NCBI GenBank assembly: GCA_963677485.1
Contig: OY781964.1
Coordinates: 3,264,001-3,328,000, forward strand
Origin: Armatimonadota bacterium
GTDB lineage: Bacteria > Armatimonadota > HRBIN16
Direction: 5' to 3'
DNA length: 64,000 nucleotides
Shown here one piece after another: positions 10,458 through 20,254 of the stretch (within the stretch, counting starts at the first letter, position 1; every line of letters starts with the position of its first letter). The position numbers were made by a program, and so were the translations under genes. The notes beneath the pieces were generated by a model. It saw nothing but the letters and a program-made list of their open reading frames with translations. It ran no database searches and was not told the origin of the DNA.

Positions 10458-10692
10458 GAATACATTTTACCTGATGGCTATATGTTGGGATAGCAGTGGA
10501 TTTTGGGTGGGGGATATCCGTGGCCCGTTGGTTTAAGCTGGGCTCGTGATTCACTGATTCCGCGACATAAATGTCGCGGAATATGGTCATTGAAGCCAAT
10601 CCCAAGTTGTGGGTTATATCTGGGATGCCGAATAGTGATATCCCGTGCCCTAATAACGGCCCCCTGTAGTGTGTATCTACAACAGAGGGCTG

Positions 10693-12111
10693 CTATTTAC
10701 TCAGAAGCAGCTCCCCATCAACCAGCCCGACTCCCATGGCCTCAGCGGCGATGCGGGTATGATCGTCAAAGCCCGCCAGCGAATAGAGCAGGTAATGGCA
10801 GTTCAGCTTCTCGTCAGCCGGATGGGCCGCCACCCATGCGGCACGTTTGGCTAGCAGTGACTGCAGAACAGCGACACCGATCGGCTTGGATGACCATTTG
10901 CACTCTGCCAGAAGCAGACTGCGGTCCTCCAAGTGCCCCACGATGTCGATCTCATGGGTTCCGTCACGCTCCCAGTATCGGCCGCATGTTTTCACCGGTG
11001 ACGGCAGGGTGTGATGCCCCTCAATCATCAGGTGCTGTTTGCAGATACCCTCAAAGACGAATTTGCCCATATAACCGTTCAGCATCGGCTCGATACGGCT
11101 GCGATAGATGCCTTCTACCGGTTTCATGGCCAGTTCGCTACGGAACGGGTTCATGACATGGTAGTAAAACATCAGGAACGGGTCTGTGATCTTATACAGC
11201 CCCATTTTCTCCCTGGTATCGCCGTATGGGTATTCGCGGTTTATCCATTCCCACTCCAGAAGGTTGCGCAGCGTATACTGCATTCGGGCAACAGGGATAT
11301 CTGCCGCGCCGGAGATATCTGAGTTGCGGGTATGTCCTTGTGCCACGGCCCGGATGATGCTGTTATAGGCAGCAGCCTCGCGTGCTTGCGTAGAGGACAT
11401 CAACACCTCAGGTTCGTGGGTCAAGAAACCCATCGGGCTGAGCACTGTTTGAATGATGTTCTCATCCAACGGTAGTGAGACATCCATCAATGCATGGTAT
11501 CTTGGTGTGCCTCCCAGAATGCCATAGGCCAGCAGAATATCGCGGGATGAATACCCGCTTTCAGCATAGAACTCTGCCACTTGCCTGTAGTTCATGGGTG
11601 GCAATTGGTATGTGACGTTGAACCGGCCATACAACGGGTTACTTCCGCTCTCCAGCGCTGACATCATGCCTATGTGGGAACCACACAGCACGAGCATAAT
11701 CTTGCTTCGGATGCCATCCTTGTCCCACCATGCCTGGATTTGTGATGGGATGCTGGGGTCACTGCTGATGAGGTATTGAAACTCATCGAGCACCAGCCCC
11801 ACACGCCGCGTACTGGCAAGGTGTGACATAAACCTCAGGATGTTCGGCAGTGACGCCAGGTCTGACAGTGTATACCCTGAGTCAGGATCAAGCTCCAACA
11901 CTGTGTGCGCCAGATCCGCCAGGTTCTGACTTAACGAGGTGTCAGACGCCAGAAAGTAAGCATGAGGCTTATCATTCAGGAAGTGCTGCAGCAGGTATGT
12001 CTTGCCCATGCGTCTGCGTCCGTAAAGAAGCACGGACTGTGCATGTTTGTGGTCGTTCCACAGGCTTGACAGTTTCTCTAACTGCATAACTCGGTCAACA
12101 AATGGCAGCAT
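10693..12111 (-). CDS. archaeal-type ATPase with wHTH and C-terminal DUF234-like PD-(D/E)XK nuclease domain
   Basis: FVDR..., YGRRRMGKT (Walker A), VLDEFQYL (Walker B), LCGS, GGTPRY, DPFL, EIDIVG...LAECKW. Confidence 0.88.
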   Translation of the reverse strand: MLPFVDRVMQLEKLSSLWNDHKHAQSVLLYGRRRMGKTYLLQHFLNDKPHAYFLASDTSLSQNLADLAHTVLELDPDSGYTLSDLASLPNILRFMSHLASTRRVGLVLDEFQYLISSDPSIPSQIQAWWDKDGIRSKIMLVLCGSHIGMMSALESGSNPLYGRFNVTYQLPPMNYRQVAEFYAESGYSSRDILLAYGILGGTPRYHALMDVSLPLDENIIQTVLSPMGFLTHEPEVLMSSTQAREAAAYNSIIRAVAQGHTRNSDISGAADIPVARMQYTLRNLLEWEWINREYPYGDTREKMGLYKITDPFLMFYYHVMNPFRSELAMKPVEGIYRSRIEPMLNGYMGKFVFEGICKQHLMIEGHHTLPSPVKTCGRYWERDGTHEIDIVGHLEDRSLLLAECKWSSKPIGVAVLQSLLAKRAAWVAAHPADEKLNCHYLLYSLAGFDDHTRIAAEAMGVGLVDGELLLSK

Positions 12112-12161
12112 TTCCGCGCCTCCGTTCGAAATACGGGTAGTATCCCATCATCATTATACCT

Positions 12162-12260
12162 CATTATTTAATATTAATTAATCATACTTAATATAAACAT
12201 ACTTATATAAAATATATTTAATATAAACATGTTTATATAATATATTCTATGTATATAAAC
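12162..12260. repeat. very AT-rich imperfect 15-bp tandem repeat upstream of the ATPase gene
   Basis: CATACTTAATATAAA / CATACTTATATAAAA / TATATTTAATATAAA / CATGTTTATATAATA at 12183-12242. Confidence 0.75.
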
Positions 12261-12327
12261 AGCGGCACTGAGGGTCATCAGTCAGCGGTAGAATGTAATG
12301 GGAATGAAATCTAGTAGGAGAATGTTG

Positions 12328-13173
12328 ATGTTCAATAAATCCGGTTCCGAACTGTTCGTGCCCGATGGGCTGCCAGTGGAGCAAGCCTTAGTGCGATGTG
12401 ATCACCTGGCCATAGCTGCCCACCAGGATGACATAGAGATCATGGCGATTCACGGAATCCTGCAGTGCTTCGGTCGTGACGACCACTGGTTCTGCGGATG
12501 TGTCGTGACTGACGGGGCAGGCAGCCCGCGTGATGATCTCTATGCCAGCACCAGCGATGAGCAGATGAAGCAGATACGCAAGCAGGAGCAGCGCAAGGCG
12601 GCCATCGTGGGTGAGTATGGTGCACAAGCAGCGATGTGTTACTCCAGCGCAGAGACGAAGCACTCAGGTGACACCCCCGTAGTTGATGACCTGTACAAGC
12701 TGTTTATGGCCTCCAGTGCTCACACGGTCTATCTGCACAACCTAGCCGACAAGCACCCCACGCATGTGGCGACAGCACTCCGCGCCATCTGTGCGTTGCG
12801 TCGACTGCCGATGGAGCGTCGGCCCAAGCACCTTTACGGCTGTGAGGTGTGGCGAGACCTTGACTGGCTGGTGGATGAGCAGAAGGTTGCCCTGGATGTG
12901 AGCGGCCATGAAAGCCTGCAGGCGGCCCTTCTGGGTGTGTTCGACAGCCAGATATGCGGCGGCAAGCGATATGACCTGGCGGCCATGGGACGCCGACGCG
13001 CCCATGCTACTTATTATGCCAGCCACGGTGTCGATGCCAGCAGCCTGCTGACCTTCGCGATGGACCTCAGTCCGTTGATGGAGGATGACACCCTTTCTCC
13101 TCTGGCTTTGGTAGAGAAGTATATCGCCGCCTTCAGCTCCGATATCCGCGACCGCATGAGGGCGATGGGTTGA
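12328..13173 (+). CDS. PIG-L/LmbE-family deacetylase
   Basis: AIAAHQDDIE, VTDGAG and DKHPTH metal-binding motifs; AGGAG RBS at 12316. Confidence 0.88.
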   Translation: MFNKSGSELFVPDGLPVEQALVRCDHLAIAAHQDDIEIMAIHGILQCFGRDDHWFCGCVVTDGAGSPRDDLYASTSDEQMKQIRKQEQRKAAIVGEYGAQAAMCYSSAETKHSGDTPVVDDLYKLFMASSAHTVYLHNLADKHPTHVATALRAICALRRLPMERRPKHLYGCEVWRDLDWLVDEQKVALDVSGHESLQAALLGVFDSQICGGKRYDLAAMGRRRAHATYYASHGVDASSLLTFAMDLSPLMEDDTLSPLALVEKYIAAFSSDIRDRMRAMG

Positions 13174-13287
13174 GCAATCCGGTTGAGGTACCATGTGCCT
13201 CAACCGCTATATCATCGATAATTTGGATAAGCATATACTATTATATGTGCTATAATGTCTATATAATGCCCATTTCGGAGGTCATTC

Positions 13288-14172
13288 GTGTCTTCGGACT
13301 TTCCCGATATCATGCAGACTGAATACTTCCCCACAGCCGATGCCGATTACGAGCCCGTGGTGCGCGAGCCTGCGGGTCTTGAACCTGTGGCTTTGGGGGC
13401 CGCGCTGCTTGAAGTCGGGTTATGGATCAGCCGCACCAACGGACTGCCAGCCCCCGCAGGACTGCACAAGTCGATGGGGATATTGCAAGAATATGTCGAT
13501 ATGGATGGTCCTACGCTGCGCCGGTTGGAGATATTCGGGCAAGCCTTGCTGGCCACGCGTCCGGAAATTGACCATGTGGCCCGCCGCGTCAGCCGGCTGG
13601 TGGAGGCTGGGCATCAGCAATTAGTGGTCAAGTATGTGCGCAGGGTTTCTTCCTCGCAGCAGTGGCGCAGTGCCAGCATAGGAGCACCAAAACAGTCGGT
13701 GCATGTGCCGGTAACATTGGTCAAGGCCACTGGCATCTCATGGCAGGGTGAGGCGATACCGCAAGAGCCGATCGTGCCAAAGGCTCCGCCTAAGCCGCAG
13801 ATACACATTAATATGGCTCGCTTGGACGAGTTGAAGCAGCAAACCTCTGAAGTACAGAGCCTGCTGGCCCAGCATCTCGATTCCGAACATACGGATCACC
13901 ATGAGGCACCAGAACCCACACCGATCGTTGAAGCACAGCCACCTACGCCCGCACAACCAATTGGGCTGGTAGAGCAAGCCGTCGCCGCCCTGAAGGCGCA
14001 GCCGCTGTGGAGTGCCTCAGAGATAGCCGCACTGGCACGCCAGTTGGGCGTGTTCCCCGGCAAGCTGGTGGAAAGCGTGAACGCCTGGAGCAACGAGCTG
14101 TATGATGACGACTTTATATATGATGATGACCCCTACGAAATCCAATTGGGGCTGTTAGCGGAAGGAGCCTGA
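13288..14172 (+). CDS. sngA: TerB_C-domain protein, Shango SngA-like (apparently lacking TerB_N)
   Basis: INMARLDELKQQTSEVQSLL and ESVNAWSNELYDD resemble TerB_C; lies directly upstream of the DUF2791 ATPase and Lhr helicase. Confidence 0.6.
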   Translation: MSSDFPDIMQTEYFPTADADYEPVVREPAGLEPVALGAALLEVGLWISRTNGLPAPAGLHKSMGILQEYVDMDGPTLRRLEIFGQALLATRPEIDHVARRVSRLVEAGHQQLVVKYVRRVSSSQQWRSASIGAPKQSVHVPVTLVKATGISWQGEAIPQEPIVPKAPPKPQIHINMARLDELKQQTSEVQSLLAQHLDSEHTDHHEAPEPTPIVEAQPPTPAQPIGLVEQAVAALKAQPLWSASEIAALARQLGVFPGKLVESVNAWSNELYDDDFIYDDDPYEIQLGLLAEGA

Positions 14173-14173
14173 T

Positions 14174-15487
14174 ATGCCACCAGCCATCAAAACACGCGAA
14201 CGAGAAGCCATCCTGCAGTCACTGCGGGCTGGGGTGGTGCCGCGCGTCGGTCTGCACCATATTCAAGTGGGCCGTCTACAAGAGGTGCGTGCGGTGATGG
14301 CCGACCTGGAGCGTGTACAGCAGGGGGCCGCCGCGGTGAGGTTCATCATCGGACGCTTCGGTGCGGGCAAGAGCTTCTTCTTGAACTTGGTTCGTACCGT
14401 GGCATTGGAGATGAAATTCGTGGTGGCGCAGGCCGACATCACCCCGGACCGTCGTCTGCACGCCGGCAACGGTCAGGCGCGCGGTCTGTATGCGCAGCTC
14501 ATGGCCGGGCTTTGCGCCGGCAGCCGCCGTGATGGCGGGGCACTGGCCAGCGTGGTGGAGTGCTTCGTCTCGGACATCCATTTTACCCTCACGCAGTCGG
14601 GTGCAGATGAATCTCTGCTGCCCCAGAAGATCGCACAGGAACTCCGTCCCTTGCAGCAACTGGTCAGCGGGTATGACTTTTCGACGGCGATATCACGGTA
14701 TGCTGAGGGCTTTCTGAAGGGTAACGATGAGCTGATGCAGTCGGCACTACGCTGGTTGCGCGCGGAATACAGCACCAAGACAGAGGCGCGTGCCGATTTA
14801 GGCGTGCGCAGCATCATCGACGACGACAATATCTATGAGTATCTGAAGCTGTTCAGTGCGTTTGTCCGGCTGGCGGGATATAGCGGATTGGTGGTGAACC
14901 TGGACGAGATGGGGGTTCTCTCTCACCGCTTGAACAACTCGCAGGCACGCAACGCGAACTATGAGATGATCCTGCGGATGTTGAACGACTGCCTGCAGGG
15001 AGCTGTGAGCGGGTTGATGTTCTTGTTCGCCGGTACCGATGCTTTCCTTGATGACAGGCGCAGGGGGCTGGCCAGCTATGAGGCGCTCAGCAGCCGTCTG
15101 GCAGACAACAGCTTCGCGGGTGATGGTCTGACCGACCTCAGCGGGCCGGTGATTCGGCTTCCCAACCTCACCCCGGAGGACATGTATCTGCTGCTGCGCA
15201 ACATCCGGCACGTATACGCCTCCGGTGATGAGAGCCGCTATCTGGTGCCGGACGAGGCACTGGCTGCCTACCTCAATCACTGCGCTGCCCAATTGGGTGC
15301 CGAGTTCTACCACACACCCCGTGATGCCGTGAAAGGCTTCATCGGTCTGTTGTCGGTGCTGGAGCAAAACCCAGGCTCGGACTGGCAGTCCTTGCTGGGC
15401 AGTGTGAGTCTGGAGCCGATGCCCATCGATGAGCCACAGGCTCTGACCGATGACATGGATAACTCCCTCACCAGCTTCCGGCTGTAA
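14174..15487 (+). CDS. sngB: DUF2791/BrxD-like P-loop ATPase (Shango SngB-like)
   Basis: ILQSLRAGVVPRVGLHHIQVGR, GRFGAGKSF, RLAGYSGLVVNLDE, YEALSSRL. Confidence 0.85.
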   Translation: MPPAIKTREREAILQSLRAGVVPRVGLHHIQVGRLQEVRAVMADLERVQQGAAAVRFIIGRFGAGKSFFLNLVRTVALEMKFVVAQADITPDRRLHAGNGQARGLYAQLMAGLCAGSRRDGGALASVVECFVSDIHFTLTQSGADESLLPQKIAQELRPLQQLVSGYDFSTAISRYAEGFLKGNDELMQSALRWLRAEYSTKTEARADLGVRSIIDDDNIYEYLKLFSAFVRLAGYSGLVVNLDEMGVLSHRLNNSQARNANYEMILRMLNDCLQGAVSGLMFLFAGTDAFLDDRRRGLASYEALSSRLADNSFAGDGLTDLSGPVIRLPNLTPEDMYLLLRNIRHVYASGDESRYLVPDEALAAYLNHCAAQLGAEFYHTPRDAVKGFIGLLSVLEQNPGSDWQSLLGSVSLEPMPIDEPQALTDDMDNSLTSFRL

Positions 15488-15493
15488 CCATAG

Positions 15494-17713
15494 ATGAGTA
15501 ACGCGTATGCACGCCTGAATGTGCCGCTTCAGCGTCGGCTTCGCCTGATGGGCTGGACGCATCTGAAGCCCATCCAGGTGCAGGCGATCCATGCCGTGTT
15601 GGACGGCGACAGCGACATCCTCATCACCGCCCAGACCGCCGCAGGCAAGACCGAGGCGGCGTTCCTGCCCATCCTCTCTGCGAGCTGGGAGAGCCTGCAG
15701 GGGGCGGTCACCGTGATGTATGTGGGCCCACTGAAAGCACTCATCAACGACCAGTTTCGACGACTGGAAGAACTGTGCAAGCAAGAAGACATCCCTGTCA
15801 CCCGCTGGCACGGCGATGTGGACTACCAACGCAAGAAGCGGTTGATGCAGCACCCGTCGGGTGTGCTGCTCATCACCCCCGAGTCGCTGGAAGGGATGTT
15901 TGTGAACCACCCGGAGCGGTTGGCCCCCCTGTTTGCCGCACTGCAGTTTGTGGTCATTGATGAGCTCCACGCCTTCCTGGGCGATGAGCGAGGCATACAC
16001 CTGCGTAGTCTGCTCCACCGCATTCAGGCGGTCGCCAAGCAGCGCGTCCGGCTTGTAGGGCTGTCGGCCACCATCGGCGCGTTGATGCCCGCCAAGGAGT
16101 TCATGAACCCTGATTTTCCCGAAACCGTCACAGTGGTGCAGGACGACACCCGCAAGGAGGTACAGATGGCGGTGCATGGCTATCTGCGCAAGAACCTTCA
16201 TCATGGCGACATCCGCCCCACTCCTGACGAAGACAAAGAAGAGACCCCTGAGGAGTCGGCAACGCAGAGTGAACTGGGCATCGCCCGCCAGATGATCCGC
16301 TTTTTCGAAGGCCGGACAGGGCTGGTGTTTTTCAATAGCCGCGGTGAGTTGGAGTTCTATGCCGACCTATGCAACCGGGTGCTGGCCCACCTGGGACGGC
16401 CACCGCGGTTCCATACCCATCACGGCTCTCTGGCCAAAGCCGAACGCGAACAGACCGAGGAAGCGCTGCGAGACCAGCACCGCGTGGTGGCTTTTTGCAC
16501 CAGCACGCTGGAGTTGGGTATAGATGTGGGCAACTGCTCCGCAGTGGGGCAGGTGCGCGCACCCTGGACCGTCAGCGAGATGCGCCAGCGTTTAGGCCGC
16601 AGCGGCCGGCACGAGGGCGAAGCCAGCGTGATGGAGCTGTATATCTCACAGAACGAACCCTCCGAACGCAGCGACCTTGTGGACCACCTGTTCCCTGACC
16701 TGCTCCAATCTATCGCCATGGTGGAGCTGATGCGCCAGGGTTGGTGTGAACCGCCTCAGGAGGGCATCTGGCACGGCAGCACCCTGCTGCACCAAACCCT
16801 CAGCCTGGTGGCGCAGTATGGTGGTGCCAGTGCTCCGGTACTGGTGAATACTTTGCTGAGCCATGGGGCGTTTCGTAACATCCCGCAAGGCCAGTATCTG
16901 GAGCTGCTAAAGGCAATGGCTGGGCATGACCTCATTGAACAAACGCCTGAAGGGCTGATCATTCTGGGGCTCAAGGGAGAGCATATGGTGCGGCACCACG
17001 ACTTCTACGCCGCATTTGCCTCGCCGAAGGAACTGAAGGTGATATCGCAGGGAAGGCTGATTGGCACCATCACCGCGGTACCCGATGTGGGGGCCAGCAG
17101 ATACTTAATTCTGGCGGGGAAACGCTGGCGCATACTCGAGGTCAACCTGGAGCGCGACGAAATCATCGTCCGCCCGTCACCTGCGGGCCGTGTTCCGCTG
17201 TTCACCGGCACCGGTGGGCCCAATATCCATCAGCTTGTGCGTGACCAGATGATGAAGGTACTGATGGAGGGTGGGGAACTACCATATATGGATGCCACAG
17301 CGCAGCAAATGCTGGAGGACGCCCGACATGCGGCTCTGGAAGCGAACCTGGGGTATCGGCGGTTGGTAGAGGGCGGCGATTGTGTCACGCTGTTCACCTG
17401 GTGCAGTTCTGTGATCCACCGGTCACTTCTTGGCTGTTCATTGTTGAAGGGTATGGATGTGCTTGACAGGGACATCGCTTTGGTCTTCCGCAAGCATGAC
17501 CGCGGAGAGGTTCTCTCCCTGCTGCGCTGGATCAGCGAAGCACCCCCATCTGTGGAGGAGCTGGCCGCGGCATTCCCGGTCATGACCATCGAGAAGTTCG
17601 ACCGGCTGTTGCCCATCGGTCTGCTGGCGCGCTGTTTTGGCAGCAAGTATCTTGACCCCGCAGGGTGCGTGAGCCTGGCCTCCCAACTCCTGGCCAGCGA
17701 GCTGAAGCTGTAA
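15494..17713 (+). CDS. sngC: Lhr-like DEAD/DEAH helicase (Shango SngC-like)
   Basis: TAAGKT, PLKALINDQ, TPESLE, DELH, LSAT, HHGSL, TSTLELGIDVG, QRLGRSGR. Confidence 0.88.
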   Translation: MSNAYARLNVPLQRRLRLMGWTHLKPIQVQAIHAVLDGDSDILITAQTAAGKTEAAFLPILSASWESLQGAVTVMYVGPLKALINDQFRRLEELCKQEDIPVTRWHGDVDYQRKKRLMQHPSGVLLITPESLEGMFVNHPERLAPLFAALQFVVIDELHAFLGDERGIHLRSLLHRIQAVAKQRVRLVGLSATIGALMPAKEFMNPDFPETVTVVQDDTRKEVQMAVHGYLRKNLHHGDIRPTPDEDKEETPEESATQSELGIARQMIRFFEGRTGLVFFNSRGELEFYADLCNRVLAHLGRPPRFHTHHGSLAKAEREQTEEALRDQHRVVAFCTSTLELGIDVGNCSAVGQVRAPWTVSEMRQRLGRSGRHEGEASVMELYISQNEPSERSDLVDHLFPDLLQSIAMVELMRQGWCEPPQEGIWHGSTLLHQTLSLVAQYGGASAPVLVNTLLSHGAFRNIPQGQYLELLKAMAGHDLIEQTPEGLIILGLKGEHMVRHHDFYAAFASPKELKVISQGRLIGTITAVPDVGASRYLILAGKRWRILEVNLERDEIIVRPSPAGRVPLFTGTGGPNIHQLVRDQMMKVLMEGGELPYMDATAQQMLEDARHAALEANLGYRRLVEGGDCVTLFTWCSSVIHRSLLGCSLLKGMDVLDRDIALVFRKHDRGEVLSLLRWISEAPPSVEELAAAFPVMTIEKFDRLLPIGLLARCFGSKYLDPAGCVSLASQLLASELKL

Positions 17714-17724
17714 GCCGCTCTACG

Positions 17725-18849
17725 CTACACGGACTGCCGGATGGCATCTCCAATGGCCCATCCACAGATGCTGGTGAACCATCCCAAGCTGCAGCCGATC
17801 CACAGAAACTGAAATAGCTCCGCGGCTTGCGATCGTATGGAGTTAAGCTGGGGCTGAACGGTCAGCACAAAGCAGCATACGATGGTAATCACTACCAATC
17901 CAAGTGTCAGCAGCTTTGTTTCGTAACGTCTGAGCGCGATGCCTAGATAGAAAAAGGCCACAGCTAGTATGGGAAAAGCGATGCTGCCCAGTAGCATGAT
18001 GATACCGCCACCGGGAATACCCGGTGTCCGGCTGCGGTTGATCTGCGGCCACCATATCTCTGTACTAAGGCGGCTGAGCTGCCCACTCAAGCTCAAAGTA
18101 AGTCCCGCTACCACACAGGCCGCCGCAATCGCGGTGAATACCTTGATCCCGATATCGCCTCCGATCAGCGTGTTAGTGCCTTGATAACCGAATATCATGG
18201 GTGAGAACACCGCAGCGCCAACCGTGGTCCATCCGATCGCCATTCCCAATGCACGAAGAATCCGGGGGATAAGCACCATGACTTGCGCAGTACCCATTGA
18301 GGGGCGGCTCTCTATTGTGCTGTTGTACTTCCGCTGTAAACTGGGGTTTTGGGGTGAGTATTGCACCGCCATGCTGTACAGTTGCGCAGCCTGGTCTCGC
18401 TGCCCGCGTGCTAGTGCCACATCCGCCCGGATTTCGTAAGCCTGGGCATTGCGGCTGTCTATGGCATTGCAGCGTTCGGCTTGCTCGGTAGCCCGTTTGT
18501 AGTCACCTTTAGCTAGCGCGATACGTGCTTCGTGAAGAAGCTGAGTGATTTTTTTGGCACTCTCATCTTTCGGGTTGGATTTTCGCTGCGACTCTGTTCT
18601 TATATCGCCTGCGCCGCGTTTGCTCTGTTCATTGAGAGCAATGAGGTCGTCATACTGGCGGCGTTTTACCGGGTCACCGATGACCGTGTGTGCCTCGGTG
18701 ATCTCCTGGAAGAGGCGCAGGGTATTACCACCCGCTACGTCGGGATGATACCGGCGAGCGAGCTCACGGTAGGCCCGGCGAATCTCTTCATGTGTGGCTG
18801 TAGGCTTCACACCGAGCACGGAGTAGTAGTCGCGTAGTGGCAGTCTCAT
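17725..18849 (-). CDS. J-domain + TPR + multi-TM membrane protein
   Basis: DYYSVLGV...YHPD J-domain; TPR-like helices; ~5 C-terminal TM segments. Confidence 0.85.
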   Translation of the reverse strand: MRLPLRDYYSVLGVKPTATHEEIRRAYRELARRYHPDVAGGNTLRLFQEITEAHTVIGDPVKRRQYDDLIALNEQSKRGAGDIRTESQRKSNPKDESAKKITQLLHEARIALAKGDYKRATEQAERCNAIDSRNAQAYEIRADVALARGQRDQAAQLYSMAVQYSPQNPSLQRKYNSTIESRPSMGTAQVMVLIPRILRALGMAIGWTTVGAAVFSPMIFGYQGTNTLIGGDIGIKVFTAIAAACVVAGLTLSLSGQLSRLSTEIWWPQINRSRTPGIPGGGIIMLLGSIAFPILAVAFFYLGIALRRYETKLLTLGLVVITIVCCFVLTVQPQLNSIRSQAAELFQFLWIGCSLGWFTSICGWAIGDAIRQSV

Positions 18850-18858
18850 AATGTTATT

Positions 18859-20073
18859 TTACGGCTCTATGCCATTAAGCTGGTTTTCATAACCATTCCT
18901 CACACCGACACCCATGTTGATGATGCTGGTAGCACTCATGATCACGGCGAACAACAAACCCAATGCGCCTGCGATGATGATCACACGCCGCACGGCGTTT
19001 CTATGGATGTCATCCAGCATGGCTGAGAGCCTTACCAGGCTTTCGTCGACTTTACCGCTGGTTTCTGCGATCAGCATCTGCGAAGTGACCGACATGGGCA
19101 TCGTATCACTGGCGAGCAGCGCGGCGGCCAGTGTTCCACCGTTCCGCACCGTGTTGACATGGGGGGCGACACGCTGTGAGATGACCATTTGACCGGCCGA
19201 CTGGCATGCGTATTCCAGGCACTGTGCTGGGGGAAGCCCTGCGTGATAGAGCGATCCCAATGCACGGAGAAACCGGCTTTGGGCTCCGCTTCGCTCCATA
19301 GCATTGTATATCGGTGTATTCCAGGCCAATTTGTCTAGAGCGATTTTAATGGCTGGAACGGTGTGGCTGAAGCGTTTGAGCACGATGACAATAGCGCAGA
19401 CAGCTAGTAATCCTAGCCCACACGACCGTGAGATTATGAAGGCTGATCTAGCTCCATTGAAAATGGTTTGGTCTACTTCCATAGATTTTCCCAAATAAGC
19501 CAACACAATATAGAGTATTGCGGGTACAAATAAAGCAAAGACCAGCACAACAACGGGGTAAATCAATTCGGTGATCGCCTGTCGCCTGGCTACAGTAATG
19601 GTGGCAAGCCATTGATTGCATTCCGCCGCCATCTCAGGCACTTTTCCTGAGACATCGCCCGCTCTCATTAAAGCGGGGCAGGGAGGCGTGAACCTGCTCT
19701 CGAACCGTTCCATCTGCTGACTCAGGCTTTCGCCTGCGGCGATGGCATCTCGCATCTGTATGGCGATTTGGCGCAGGCCACCGCGCGATTGTGTGGCCAG
19801 CATATCCAGCGAAGCGGCCATCGTGATTCCGGCAGCCTGGGTTTGTTGCAGAGTTGAAAAAAAGATCATCTGCTGCCCTATTGGTAGTGGGGTGCCACGG
19901 TTCTCAGTCGGTATAGCTACCGTTTCTGAGGTCTCAGTCTGGAGTGAAACAGCCAGTGGCTGGAGTTGCTGCTGCCTGATCTTGATGATGGCATCTCCGC
20001 GAGTGGGTGCTTCGACAGAACCAGTTTTTAGCTGTTTGTCTGTATCAAGGGCTCGGTAAGTAAATTGGGGCAT
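18859..20073 (-). CDS. type II secretion F / PilC-family inner-membrane platform protein
   Basis: MPQFTYRALD start; two T2SSF repeats (AGESLS...AGDVSG and NGGTLA...AETSG); LIYP followed by a TM. Confidence 0.88.
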   Translation of the reverse strand: MPQFTYRALDTDKQLKTGSVEAPTRGDAIIKIRQQQLQPLAVSLQTETSETVAIPTENRGTPLPIGQQMIFFSTLQQTQAAGITMAASLDMLATQSRGGLRQIAIQMRDAIAAGESLSQQMERFESRFTPPCPALMRAGDVSGKVPEMAAECNQWLATITVARRQAITELIYPVVVLVFALFVPAILYIVLAYLGKSMEVDQTIFNGARSAFIISRSCGLGLLAVCAIVIVLKRFSHTVPAIKIALDKLAWNTPIYNAMERSGAQSRFLRALGSLYHAGLPPAQCLEYACQSAGQMVISQRVAPHVNTVRNGGTLAAALLASDTMPMSVTSQMLIAETSGKVDESLVRLSAMLDDIHRNAVRRVIIIAGALGLLFAVIMSATSIINMGVGVRNGYENQLNGIEP

Positions 20074-20254
20074 TTCATCATCCCTATGCAAATGGGGGCA
20101 TCACGTATTACAATAGGTGTATTAGCGGAAGGCCCCGTAGAACACGTTCACCGATTCGGTTAGAAATCTGTTCGATAGTAGATATAGTATAGATGGACTT
20201 GGCCGCCAATGCGAATAATGAAAAGCAAATGCGGGCAGGGAAGGCAGGAATACG

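Noticed and set aside
14174-15487. BREX system (brxD)
   Set aside because: No pglX, pglZ or brxC; the TerB_C and Lhr neighbours fit Shango instead
14798-16204. 468-aa antisense ORF
   Set aside because: Overlaps the DUF2791 ATPase and helicase in antisense; a typical high-GC shadow frame
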